A stretch of DNA of 64,000 nucleotides from Bugula neritina (taxonomy: Eukaryota > Animalia > Bryozoa): contig OZ037766.1 in NCBI GenBank assembly GCA_964035545.1, positions 28,255,673 through 28,319,672 of the forward strand, given 5' to 3'. The position numbers and the translations under genes are program-made. The notes beneath the pieces were generated by a model. It had not been told where the DNA came from, searched no databases, and saw only the letters and a list, made by a program, of their open reading frames with translations. Of this stretch, positions 1-19,488 are shown piece by piece (within the stretch, counting starts at the first letter, position 1; each line of letters starts with the position of its first letter).

Positions 1-70
1 TTTTAAACTTTTGACAAGGTTTTTAAAAAGTGTGAAATAATATATTTTTATTTCAATAACTGTAAAATAA

Positions 71-144
71 TTGCCACTACCGAGATTCGAACCACAACCC
101 TCCGTCTTGCAAGCAGGCGCGCTATTCAATTACACCACAGGGGT
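71..144 (-). mobile_element. tRNA-derived SINE head or tRNA pseudogene
   Basis: Minus strand reads CCCTGTGGTGTAATTGAATAGCGCG...GGTTCGAATCTCGGTAGTGGC. It has A-box-like and B-box (GGTTCGAATC) motifs at tRNA spacing, but the acceptor and anticodon stems do not pair. Confidence 0.45.
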
Positions 145-219
145 TTCGGGATTCCCAATAACAATAACACTGCTAAAATTTTATTATGTTTTCAATACAG
201 CTCAATATATTTTTTCTAG

Positions 220-369
220 GAAATGGAGGATAAAGGAATAGATGGAGCTAGAGTTCTTGCTAACCACAAACAAGCAATGTTGGGTGGTAGCAGTTATGTC
301 CCAAAGACCACTCGTTCTCGTAGAGTGGTGACACAACGCCGATCTAGTGGTGGTAGAAGATACTATTGA
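220..369 (+). CDS. Terminal coding exon of an unidentified gene that starts upstream of the window (EMEDKGIDGARVLANHKQAMLGGSSYVPKTTRSRRVVTQRRSSGGRRYY*)
   Basis: Polypyrimidine tract plus AG at 218-219. Only one frame is open, to TGA at 367-369. The composition is coding-like and is followed by an AT-rich 3' UTR. Confidence 0.6.
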   Translation, partial: EMEDKGIDGARVLANHKQAMLGGSSYVPKTTRSRRVVTQRRSSGGRRYY

Positions 370-2149
370 GCTCCAATAACCTTTTTATAGGGTAGCTGCT
401 GTTGTTTATATTCACAGATTTTCTATCCATAAATTTTTGCTAATTCAACTTTTTATTAAAGCAAAAACTTTTCAAGGTCTTGAAATCTAACAATTTTTCA
501 ACATTATAAAGCTTGAGATTTTACTCACTTTAGCTAAAATTAATCCCATGAACTGTTGGAAACCGGATACTTCATATAAAAGGGCCAATCTGTTCATATT
601 ATGCTTTTCAATGAAATGTTTACATTTTTGACACCAACATTAAGAGAAATTAATAAGAATAAGATAAACAGCTTTTGTTTACTTCCATATACTAAATTAT
701 GAAGGTATTGTCGCATTGTTTATAGCTTTATAATATTATACTTATTAGGCACTAGTGATATAAAATAATAATTTCAAATACATATAGGAGCCCACATAAT
801 TTCAACTAAAATCAAGCTAATACTCCATCAAATGCTGTGTTCCAGTGTCGGGTTCTGTTGGCCTGTGATTTTTGTATTGATGTTAATTTTTTAACTTTGT
901 TGTAAAAAAATAAAACTATCATTTTCCCTTAAAATAGTAAATGGAACCACGCTACTTCCTCTCCTTAAAATACTCATAATTTTATAGAAAGTAACAATTG
1001 CTATCAGATATTGAATTAATTTAGAGAGCTGTTTTATATTTTGAGCTGCCAAGATTTAGTGATGCAGTGGTAGTCTTTTCTATTGACAGTAAATATTTTG
1101 ATTACATTGTATCTAATCAATTTGAGCCACATTTGTCACATCTATACTCATGCATTCCAAGCTAATCTGTGGTTTATATATTTCAGTTCTATATTTTTAT
1201 TTGCTCTCAACTGGTGTGATTGCTTTTAATATTTAACTTCATGATATTATATTTATTTTTATATTACAGACTGGTATCATTTATTTTCAATCAAAATTAT
1301 AATCATTTATAGAAATAATAATTATAACAATGCTTTCCATACATATAGTTGTGCTCCCCTGTTTGTGCTGCTGTGTTTATTTTACTGTATTGTGTATTAT
1401 TTACATAGAGGTTGTCTATTATTATTCCTATCATATTGCTGTAATCTTGAGTTGCTACCTAGATTGCTGACTTTAAATATTATTTGCTAGAAATGTTTCG
1501 ATATGAAGCTATTAACTTCTTAAAGCTATAATAAAGATATTTATTTGCTAATGAGTATATAAGCAGTCATTCTCACATATAAAACAATTATTATTTATAA
1601 ACCATAATAGTACTTTCATAATTCTGTGTAATATCTTATAACAACTATTTGAGTAAAAACTTGACTGGATATTTAAATATTCCATTATTCTCAACAATCT
1701 ATTTATTCTACAGAGTATTGATTAGATATTAATAAACATACAATCTGTAGTACATTGTAGCATAATTCTAGCAATTGATACACTCTCTTTCAAGCATTCT
1801 ATATGCATAACATGGAGTTTTCAGTAGTTTTAGTCGTATTTTTAAATACATAATAGTATATCAGAATTTCAACAAAAGAGGCATTTAAATACATAAATAT
1901 TTACTCACTATAATAAAAACACCATTACTATATCATATTGTATTGTGTTGCATATTAGAAAGCTTCCTCTAAATTAAATATTTATAACTTATTTGAATGA
2001 TTGTTTCAACAATGACTTGCCGTAACACAAATAATTAATGAAATTAGGTGAGTGGATTGTTGATAAAATTGCTTGGCTTGTTGTTATTCAAAGGAGAATT
2101 GTTATAAAATATATTATAGTTTACATCAAATTGTGCAACCAGCTCAAAC

Positions 2150-4419
<2,270 letters not shown>

Positions 4420-5439
4420 ATAAAAATGGAACCAGCTATAAAAAGATGGCAACTAGTAAGGATGAAGCTTTAGAACCTTTAGAATGAAACAAACTGACTA
4501 TTTTGTATTTATGCTTGGAATTCATCAGTAGCACTTTGGAATTTAATGTGTTACCTGAGCCAATTTAGAGATAGTGAGATAGAATAATTTATAATATAGG
4601 GCCAATTTTTCTACACAGTAAGGGGTAGCTTTTCATTATTGAAATGTTTTGGTTATTTAAACAGAATGCTACATACAAGATATGCAAATATCTATACACT
4701 AGAATAAACATTAAATAAGTGTAACTAAATTGTTTCGGTTGCTAAATTCTTAGATAGGGTTTACTATTTTATCACTGGCTAGTTTGACTTACACTTTAAA
4801 GTCTGGACAAACTAATGTATTAATTGTTGAACATTTCTTAGACAACATAAGTGAGTAGAAATTTTTGTTCAATCAAGCAGTCCAACTTTCTTATGGAAAT
4901 TCTATTTATCAAGATGATGAAATAAAAACAAACTGACATTAGTATACATTTATTTATACATTGCACATCATAATATGTACATAATATATTGCATAATACA
5001 TACATAAGAGGTATTTTGTTGATAGAACCAAAAAACTAAAACTATAGAAAAACAACATTTTTATAATAAAAATTGAACAGCAACTTTCAATTGACTTAAT
5101 TTACTGCTCAGCTGTTATACAAGTCAGTATATAATGCTAAGCTCTACCAAGTGGTAAAATATAAACTACTAGATAATAGAAGGCAAGAAAGACAGAATAG
5201 TTTATGCTGGATGATTCATAGTTGCCGCAAACAACATATAGCAATACAATTCTTTTATTATTCATTATTTAATCAAAAAATTCATCCTTATAAAAATAAA
5301 TTCAAAAGTAATCAACAACCTGTTCATGGGTGAAATATACTGCAGTACGTGGTTGGCCAGCAAGTGTACTGATAGACTTAGTTTATGAGAAATGCACCAA
5401 TTGGCCAATCTTATAAGACATAAACACTGATTGGCTTGT

Positions 5440-9110
<3,671 letters not shown>

Positions 9111-10707
9111 ATTTGCTTTACTTTATTTGTAGCTTCCCTTTACTGTGTATAGCCCATGTAGACCTATAAAAAATATGAGATATTACTATCTTTATTACTA
9201 TTCACTATCAGCATCCAATACTAAATCAAATTTATAGGCAGTTTTGAATAATTATAATAGTAATACTAATACTAATAGTATTAGCAATAGTAAATATATT
9301 TATAACACCAACAATGATACTTATACAATAATAATACAATAGTTATTTAGCAATGTCTATTAATGAAATCACTAAACTTGAAAATCACTCTAAGTTTTCA
9401 GTAAAACTAAACTGAGTAAACATATATTTTAATATTAATAACAATTAATAAAAAATTAAATGATATCATTACATATAATAATTAATATCAATGTTTATGT
9501 AACTTACTTTTACTATTAATATTCATATTGATATTATAATTATTAGTAATACTAATTCAGTAATTGACTAGTATAGTATTACTATTACTAATAGTAATAC
9601 TAATAGTAATACTGATAGTAATTCTATTACTCAATTATTGAATTAGTACTACTACTAGTACTAGTAGGGCTATTGTCTGTTACTATTAGAACAAGTATCA
9701 GTATTACCTACTGCAAGTGTAAGTTTATTAGAATTACATTTACTATTAGTATTAGATTTAGTATTACTATTAGTATTTCACATTTGTATTAGTGAATTAC
9801 ATTTTGATTTACAATTACTGTTACTGTTCGACTTAGCCATAGTAATAGTGATACTGATAGCGTTACTGTTAGTGTGAGCACTACTAGTACTACTACTACT
9901 ACTAGATATAGAGCTAGTAGTAGTACTCTAGTACTATAAGTATAACTATTACTATTAGGATTACTATTAGTGTTACTCATACTGTTAGTGTTACTGTTAC
10001 TCAAATTAAAGTTTAAGTTTAACGATAACTTCAACAATTAATATTGCAAGGATATAATTTCAATAAGCAATATTGCAACTAAAACTAGGTGCTTCAGTCA
10101 GATTTCACTTCATAGCTCATGCTACCAACAGCGACACCGACCAGCTACTATTGAGCAAAATATTAGCTGTGTGTTGTATTTATAATTTATTATAGAAGCA
10201 GGGCTCAACTCACTAATCACTAATGGCCAATGGGAATTACCAAATATCCTTGCATATAATTATTTCTTTCGTTGAAGGAGTAGCTACAGACGGTCTTAGT
10301 CTGCGATCCAACACTATTGTGCTAGTCGTGTTAATAGCTGTTGTATTTTCAGAGCTAGTTTCTAACAGTGTGGTATATATACCACTCTGGTTTCTAAGGT
10401 AATAACCAGCTTTTTCTCCGGTAATGTGGAGCTATGATTACGACATATCGAACATACGAGCAATGAGAGGTCTATAATTATTGCTAACGGACTGACAAAC
10501 CTGTTGACATTAGTGTCTTGTAGATAATTTAAAATCCCGAAAGAGAAGGCGGCGCCAAATATTCCTATATTACGGTAAAAACCAATTCCGGTCGCCACTA
10601 GTTGTTTGTAGTATATTGCTGTTGCACCAGCTAAAATACTTGAGTTAAAATTGTCACTTGGACACTGCTAATCTCCTAATCTCAGTCGTTTCAATATCCT
10701 TGTATTT

Positions 10708-13700
10708 ATGATGGAATACAGAGCATTGTTCTTTGTTGTATTTCTTAGCCTATGTATAAACCAAGGTAAGAAAATTAATATCACACTCTCGGTTGGTTCT
10801 TCAGTGAGTGTGACCCAGTGCCGGTGCAAAAGTGCCTAGTCAGTGTGAGTGTCACTGTGACTGTCAGTGCGAGTGTATGGTCACGGTGCCAGTGAGACTG
10901 TGTGTGACAGTGAATTTGAGCGGCCAGTGCCGAGTAACTCAATTTAGGACTCAATAAATATCAGAGTTGAGCTAATATTTATTAGAATATAAGTATAAGT
11001 ATAACTAATAAACTATAATATTAATACTCTATAAGATTAAGACTAAGTATAAGTATCTTAATAATATTAAATTTTAATTTAATAATAATATGAATCAATA
11101 ATTTTAAAGTTGATGTTTGAATTTAAATGTAAAATTGTTGATTAAGTTTGAATTGAGTTTAATATCAAATTAAAAAGGAAAATTTGAAATATTAATAATA
11201 TTAATAAAGTGTACATTTTTATTTTAAATTTAAACTTATGACAGTGACACCAGTCATTAGACTTAGTCCTATACTTAAGAGTTGTAGTTTATTATAAAGT
11301 GGTTTTTGATTAAAATTAGACTTACTGATTAGATTATCATTATCATTATGAATATGATTATACAGTTGCAACATTCTAATAACTAAATAAGTAATTATTA
11401 AAATTTTTATTACTTAGTGAGTTATTACTATTAGTATTAGGGATGAAATTGAAATAAAATATGATAATTATAATCATAAATCATTTATTTTAAATGATAA
11501 TAATGTTGCCACTTTACTTGTTTGGTGTATCAATCACTGTAAGTGTCAGTTAGGGTATGAGTCATGACTTGTGTTTCTATAGCAATATTTTCTCATCATT
11601 CACGAGCAAAGTCAGCAAAAGTAGTGTACAAGTGTTGAAGTTAAGTATGTGGTTGTCAGTGTGTGTCATGTTTTTACTAAAGTAATAGTAATACTGGACC
11701 CAAGTCGGCAGCTATTCAAATAAAGTCATATTTCAAACTGAAAATTTGAAGTTGAATGGTTTCCCTTTGAGCAAGGGTAGTGTGCAGGCTTGCTATATCT
11801 ATCTTTGTATACTGTGTATTGATGTTTAACAAAATATTCCAGCTTTTTCATGCATTTGATAATTTAATAGTAGGCTAGAGGATTGGTAACTTTTGCTCTT
11901 GTTGTAATTTTTTTAATCTATCAATAATAAGATACATATAGTAATACTATGCAATTAATTTCTTTGTATAAACATATATATATTTTTAAGCATCATTCTA
12001 ACACTCTTGTCTCTTATATGTTATTGCATTGAAAATGCAGGGTTTATGGTTATAATGAGCAAACCGACCAACATTATATTTCACAACGTAGGGTAAGGAA
12101 GTGTTAATGTAGCTTTGTTCTTGGCTCTTCTACGTGTTATTTTGTTGTTTCTTTTAGCAATCTCCTTAACATGTTACGAGTGTAATTCAGCCACAGATGC
12201 TGATAAAGAAGCATGTTTTGCTGGCAATGCCACAGAATCGACATGCACTAGTTACCAAGACACCTGCGTCATCATAGTTACTACAATTGTACTGCCAAAT
12301 AACGGACCTCAAGATAGAAAATCTGACAATGAAGGTAAGTAACCTAGCACATCTAATAACTCAACCCCAACTCCTTTTGTAAACATATTTTGCTTCTGAT
12401 AATTTTTATTGTACGGCCAGTTTATCATTGGGGCATTGAGCCTGGGAGTGAACTGTAGCAGATGGTGTAACATATAGGAGAATCTATTGATGGCAATGCT
12501 TATAGTCTTCCTGTAAAGTTATCCTGCAATCTGTGTAATGGGGCCTTGCAGTGAGCTAGTTTGGGTCTATAAAGTAGTCCATATTCAACAGTTTCCACTG
12601 ATGCTCTGTTTGTATTGACTGTTGCTGCTTTTGTAGAATTGAGCCAAATTACTCGTACTTGTGGTAATAAGGCAGGATTTGATCACCTCGCCAAAATTGA
12701 CAGGAGATGCACTGTTGAGGCTATAGGTAAGTTCATCATCAAGTAGTGTGTAGTATGTATTGTTCTCTAAGTCAAGCAATCTATGTCTACGATCTTGATG
12801 ATGTAAATGGTTACTAAACTCCATCTTTGGTTTTGTGGTTGGACAAGGTAGCTTTATTTGGAAGACTGCAACTTATCAAACTTGGAATACTGTTGCATTT
12901 GCCTCTTTTAGCCCTTGCACATGAGCTGCTAGGAAGACAAATCTTGCCATGGCCCATTTATACCTGAATATACTTGTTTGCTTTGTATGAATTTCAACTC
13001 TGCTCTTGTATTCACTTTGTAGATATTACGTAACCTAGATTTAATAACCAGGATCAGCCACAAATATTATGCTGACCCGTAATAATACCAGCTCAGACGA
13101 GCTGCCCGTAGCTTACATTATATACACTTGATTGTTTGCATTCATCATAGCTTTGTGTGATGTGAATACAATATCGTTGTTATGCGAGCAGTAGGTCAAT
13201 AAACTATTGTGCCCTTTCAAACAGCGTGCCATTGCTCCTTAGCCTAGTTACTTAGTTATACAAGAAAGTTGATTATTCTTGTGAAGTGCCTGTCTGTGTT
13301 GAGACGTCCTCTTCTCCTAGCAGCTAATATAATTTCTATTCTGTAGTTGACTGGTTAAGGCCTTAGGCTATAGCATAGAAAGTTGTTTGTCTTATAAAGT
13401 AGCCTACCTCAACACCAACAATGCAACTAAAGTTTGGAAACTCAGTCTAAGTCAAAAATCTAGATAGTTATTTTTATAAATGATGCTAGAAACCGCTGGG
13501 AAATGTAAACAGTTAGTACTAAAACTGTCAGTTTCACATGAATCTGCTACTGCTGAACATTCCTGTCATTTGATGGTTATTCAAACACAGGTTATGTTGT
13601 ATTTGATACAATTTGTTTGAATTTACAGTGTCGTAACCTTAGCTTTGTCACATTTTTCTTTAGGTGGGGGTGGTACTCAAACCCGATGCTTGTGCTCTGG

Positions 13701-13779
13701 AAATCTTTGTAACTCGGCCACTACCATGAAAGCCACTTTGGCCCTTTTCATCACTGCACTGCTAGTCAAATTCATGTAA
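10708..13779 (+). CDS. GPI-anchored Ly6/uPAR (three-finger) domain protein, 146 aa; exons 10708-10765, 12158-12334, 12637-12726, 13664-13779
   Basis: Signal-peptide exon MMEYRALFFVVFLSLCINQ. The domain runs LTCYEC...CLCSGNLCN with 10 Cys. Hydrophobic C-terminal GPI signal SATTMKATLALFITALLVKFM. All introns are phase 1. Confidence 0.88.
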
Positions 13780-14778
13780 TCTGCCATCTGATTAACACTT
13801 TCTATGATATTGAGCTATCATAGGGAAGACAACACCGATATTTAACACTATGTAACACCAGTCATAATTGCTTAATTTCTAGCTTTTTCAAAATATATTC
13901 CCGATAGCATTTTCTTAGATTATCACCTACTTAAATATATTGTATATTTTGTCTGATTATCAAACTATTGAGCAGAAATAATAATTTGTTATATATAATT
14001 GTTGTGTGCCAATGAGTTTAGAATATTTTGTAACCACATTTACTGTTGTCTTTAGTTGATATAGTCTTATTTGTTTGCACAATAAACATATATTTGATAT
14101 GAAGTGCTCAGTTTTCTGGACTTTGATCTTCTATGGCAGAAGAATGTAGTATAACACACAGCTTTTCATTAATGATTTTTATTTACCTGCATATTTAATG
14201 TAACCATCAAATTTATTACCCTACACAAGATTAGCTATGAATATAAACTGCTTCCAATATTCAACATAATATTTCATATAATTGTTCACATACAATAAGA
14301 ATTTAGTAGAAAAAAAAAACTGAAGGCAAAATCTAGCAATCTTTAAAAATGAGAATCAGTCGTGGAATGTGATAAAATAATGGCACTTAAGTCCTATGAA
14401 AATATATACACCATGTTTCAACTTATAAATAAAAATATTAAAATATAATCATGGAATGTAACAGATAATATCGATTAATATTGTAATAATAAATTATTAT
14501 TTAAAATAATACAAACATTTTAAACCCCTATTTTAGTAATCATTATATCTATTGCACAAGTCAATTTGTATACATAAGACTAACCACCTACTTAGCATTT
14601 CACCAAAGCAATAATAAAAATATATGCAAGAAGGGATAAAAGCATTCATTTACCAGTAGCAACTAATAGATGTGAGAGGGAACAGCATCCAAACTTGTAG
14701 TTCCATTTTACCAGTTTATCTGTAAAGCGATGTGTTATCCAAGGGCAGAATTTCCAGGTATGTCTTTCAGAATCATAA

Positions 14779-17764
14779 CTACAGAATGGTGTGTTGAGTT
14801 AGATTACTCCTAAGAGTAGAAGAGGGACTGTGCTGGTAAACAGTGGGCACCCTCCCAGCTATCGGTTTGATAAGGGGGACAGACTCCACCTGGTTGTACT
14901 GGACATTGGCAGGAGACATGTCCGAGAAAACACTTGGCGTATCCACGTCTGAGGCGGCCGGTGTTCGGGGTCTGAAGTAGCTACGATCTGGCGCTTTACT
15001 CCAAGACCGAAAATTGGGAGTTGTTGGCCTTGACTTAGCTTCAGGTGAAACTGAGCGCGAGCGCGCCGCAGGAGTAACGGGCCTTGAACGGGCAGCTGGA
15101 GTGACGGGCCTGGACTGAGCTGTTGGTGTCGTGGGCCGAGAGACCGGCTCTGGTATTGATGAGTCGGAAGAGGTTGCTCGGGACTTCAACTCGGGGGTGA
15201 GAGTGCGAGAACACCCCTCGGTAACTCCAGGACGAGGTTGCCTGATAACTTTACTCTGGTTGTTTCTCCTGCGGCTCTTGCCAGATTTATTCGTGGATAT
15301 CAAAGCGTCGGTTTCATCGTAGTCATTGACGTATGGACTTCGGCCGCTTCGAATAGAAGCCCTGAGAGAATTCATCCTTGAGAGGTCATTGTGTTTCCTG
15401 CAGTACTTGATGTCGGCAGCGTAGAGCAAATTGTCTTTAATGTTCTTCATTCGCTGCTTAAAAGAGATGCTACGCTTTGGTTTCTGTTTCTTGCTCACTT
15501 GTGGGGAAAGTTGTGTAGGTTCAGGAGCATAGCTTGTGCTCACTGCACTGTGCAGACTAACTTTGGACATATATCGGCTACCTCTCCCATCTTGACCCTT
15601 TACACTGTTGGTAGGATCTGAGCCTACACCTACAGGAAACAGCCGAGTTATCACAAGAGATAAGCTACAGGATGTGCTTCTGCCTGACATTTGATACTAA
15701 AAGACACACTCCAGCACTTACTACAGTACCACCTACAGCATAACCTACAGTACAACCTACAGCACAACCTACAGTACAACCTACAGTACAACCTACAGTA
15801 CAACCTACAACTGAACTACATAAGACGTATTAGACAGAGAAACATAGTTACCATTTGGTGGAAACTTCTCCTCAGAGTTTAGTCCCTCTGGCGATTCGTC
15901 TATTTGTATATCTGTCGACGTAGTATGTTGTAGTGGCAGCACTTTTGGTCTGGGTGCTGACTGTACGCTGACTTCGCTTTGCATATCTGTTAAATAAACG
16001 CAGAGTAAACACTATTGGTTTGCATTTCAAAAGAGCTATTGCAACATGATCCCGGAGCTCAACCCGATTTTCAGGTCATCTGCCAGCAAATAGTATTCCA
16101 TGCCTTTCTTTATAACCCAAAGCTGTTTTCCCACATATTCACATGAAGTCACCCTTATTACCTCTAGTCAACAAATAGGACCTATATATTATACGGAACT
16201 TACAAGGGACATTACACAACTTGGCAGGTCATCTGTAATCAATGTGATAGTTTGATTGACTAAGTCAAATCAGATCAAGTGGTGATTTGAGTCATCCTAT
16301 TTCAATCAACACCATTACTATATAATATATCCCTCATGGAAACTTTTGCAGCTACTTCTGCATAGCTGTGTAAATACCATGCGCTTATTTAATCAATTCT
16401 TTGTTCAGACAATATTCTACTTTAGCTAGAAATGGTTAGTTATATTATAGCAGTACATATTTATATTCAAATTACCACCACCTTACAATGTACGAGTTGG
16501 AGAAGTAAGATATTAAGGTGGGCAACTATACTAACCTAATAAGCAACATATTAGGGTGGGCTACTATACTAACCTAAGAAGTAATATTTTAGGGTGGGCT
16601 ACTATACTAACCTAAGTGGCTGGTACTGTTTACTGGGACTGAGGCTATCTGTGAGTTGTGATTTTCTTTCTCGCCTATCACTGGCATAGATGTCTTGGTG
16701 GGAGGTTGAAAAGAGTTGTCTGGTGTGAGGGGACTGTAGTGAGACGTCCCTTCCAAATGGTGATAGTTCATAGACCGATGTGCCGCCCGTGGCTGTGAAG
16801 TATTCATATGCAGTGTTCTGTCCTGCATCGGCAGTCCTGGCTGGTCTGGTTGGTGGTGAGTCAGCTGAGTGGTGAGAGAGGGAGGTTCTGGCGGCTGGTG
16901 CCGGGGATCTGGATCTCTCGTTGGCTCGTGACGGTCGAACTGGGAGAATTGCGTAGTCTCGCTCCCGTTTGGGTCTGGTGGGTTTGGGTGGGAGTATTCG
17001 GTCGCTGCTACGACTCGGTCGACTTGGAACTTGTTTGGCTGATCTGATTGGTTGAAACTCTGACTTCGCGGAGTCGGTATCGGCTCTGATTCGCTGAGCT
17101 GGCGACGGGGTGATTGTGGTAAAACTTTCCCAGCTGGAAATAAATACAACTGAATATTGAACAGCTTGTTGGCATACAAAGAGAACAGATGTCATGCAAG
17201 TATAAGCAAGTTTGTATGTCTAGACATGGCTGAAGAGCTTACTCGAGCTCGATGGTGATTGGCTCTGGAAGGACGAGCGTTTGGACGGCTGGGGCACTCT
17301 GCGAGACTGAGCTGTCGACCGAGGAGGTGCTATCACTTCTCCATAGCGACCCAGCTTTACGTCTTCTTGGTTCTAAAGAACATAAGCTATGCAATAAATA
17401 CTATTCAGAGAGTAGGCTTACTGTTTTATAAATTATAATGGCAATGCTTGCATGTGGCACTAGAAAACTATGATGGATATATTTTAGCAAATTAATTTTG
17501 TACCTGAAACTGCTACAAGGCACCTGCAAGCACTAGGGAGCTCTATAAACACACCTGTGGCATGCACACCATATACACACCTGGGACTGGGAATGTGTCA
17601 CCCTCAGGCTCTCCTGTCTCTCTGCTGTCGTATGGTGATGCCTGTTGGTGCTGCCGACGTTCCTCGGCTTCTGTAGAAACGATGGAGCGTCTTGGAACTG
17701 CGACGGGCTGACGATTAGATGGCCTGGGTGGTTTTTTGTTGCGTCTTCTACACGGCATAGAATA
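14779..17764 (-). CDS. Ser/Pro/Arg-rich disordered protein, long frame B (~600+ aa); exons ~17764-17581, 17372-17243, 17133-16612, 15986-15852, 15629-14779; start uncertain (possibly ATG 18426 in an upstream exon 18426-18377)
   Basis: GC-enriched exons with GT-AG borders join in one frame into the 283-codon last exon, which carries SRPxTP repeats. No family was recognised. Confidence 0.6.
15715..15810. repeat. 12-bp tandem repeat (ACCTACAGTACA-like), intronic
   Basis: About 7-8 copies seen directly. Confidence 0.9.
15872..17758 (-). CDS. Overlapping alternative frame A of the same exons, 314 aa (MPCRRRNKKPPRP...RRIARGTKL*)
   Basis: ATG at 17758. The frame is open through exons 17758-17581, 17372-17243, 17133-16612 and 15986 to TGA at 15874-15872 (945 nt). 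Confidence 0.55.
16500..16615 (-). repeat. 38-bp tandem repeat x3 that duplicates a 5' splice site
   Basis: Minus-strand unit GTTAGTATAGTAGCCCACCCTAAAATATTACTTCTTAG. Confidence 0.85.
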
Positions 17765-18481
17765 CTATTTAAATGTCAAACTAGAACAAGATATTCGATT
17801 TAATGCAATATTCTACACGAGTTTCAGCCCAGTAGACTCTGTCTGAATAATAAAGAGAATAGCAGTAGGGTTTTGCTGGACTTTTATGGTTTTGACTAAT
17901 AATGAGGGAAGGGCTTCCCAATGCCCCAAATATTATGATGATTCTAAACGGTTTAGTTTATATGTTCGGCTGAAATGAATAGTGAATAGCAGGAATAGTG
18001 TTTTCTGTCAAATCATCTCAGAAAATGATTTTATAAATTTGTTAAGAATTAATCGGTTATTTCAAAAATTGACACCATGAAATATATGAGCAAGAGCATT
18101 AATGGTGGAAATGGTTCGACTAATGAATATTTTGAAGAAATCATTAAAAATTATAACGGAATCAGTTCGAAAGCAAAACTTCCATGAAAAATTAATCTAA
18201 ACCGAACATACTAGAAGGAAACTGAGCATCAATTGTAAATGTTAGAAATGACAAATATTTTATAAAAAGTAGATGTTGCAATAAGCAATTATATTTCATT
18301 TTAATATTTAATTTCAAAAATTCATTGACAAATTTCATACGATTTGCTTTACGATTCAGTGAGATTGGTAAATTACCAACGCCAGGCAATGATAACTCTG
18401 CTAGGGTTTTCTTGAGATGCAGCCATAACTAGTACTGGGAAAGTAATCAGCAATGACAGAGAGAATAGATATGATAGCATT

Positions 18482-18585
18482 ACTAGCACCAGTATGGTAG
18501 ATATACTATAATCAAACTAGCACCAGTATGTAGATATACTATAATCAAACTAGCACCAGTATGTAGATATAATGTAATCAAACTC
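18482..18585. repeat. ~33-bp tandem repeat x3 (ACTAGCACCAGTATGTAGATATACTATAATCAA)
   Basis: Seen directly. Confidence 0.85.
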
Positions 18586-19488
18586 TAGAAAGTAACCAGA
18601 AACTTGAAGTAAACCAGACTGAAACTGTTTATAAAGTGCTAGAAGCAAAAGTTACTTTGTGACTGAATGGAAAAAGTAGTATCTGTAGAAATGGAGAAGC
18701 AGGTAAGAAACTGTAATATGCAGCACAAACAAGCAGCAGACTAGCTTCTAGTATAATAGTCATTGGAAACACTAGCGGATTATCAGAAAGATATGATAGT
18801 GCTGCAGTCAGAATCTAGCTGCTCGGGGTTAGCAATGATTGGCTGAAGTGTGATCATACTTACTACAACTACTTACACACATAATCTTACCTACCACTGC
18901 TCGTCGCTGTAAACAAAACACAACTAATAACAATACACAGGTATGAGATTGTAGTAACAAGAATACAGGTCTGTTAGCAATGAGATGTTCTGTGAAAACA
19001 CAACTGTTGAAAATGACCGTCACAAAATCGCACAAACACATTGAGACTGCCATGTTTAACATGTATGTTTTTAGCTGGCGGGGTTTGTGTACTCAAAAGA
19101 AATAGAAGAGAACTTTATAAAGCACTTTGAAATTACGTCTGCAGTAAATTTTGCAAATAATTTTTCTATTTAGAGTAAAAATACCTAATTCCTAAACTGC
19201 TCAGTCAATCAGAGTGGTTAGTTTCAAACATGTCTGCTTAGTTAAACATACTTATCGAATTCTAAACAAAACTGTTGAAAAAACAGCTATGTTTTTCACT
19301 GAAACATCTCAGTATAGACAATCTATAGCACAACTTGGTGATAGCAAACGTGTAACACATGTGGAGACAAATCCAAGAACGGTAATCAAATCTAAACAGT
19401 ACTAACAGCTAAGTTTTATACAAAGGTTCTCCATACATCATGGTGATAGTATGCGAACTAATGAACACGTTTCACAAACATGTAGTGC

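Noticed and set aside
71-144. Functional tRNA gene
   Set aside because: The acceptor and anticodon stems do not base-pair.
10362-10598. 78-aa ORF between LIPT2 and the Ly6 gene
   Set aside because: It starts at GTG, has no motif or splice support, and lies in the probable divergent promoter.
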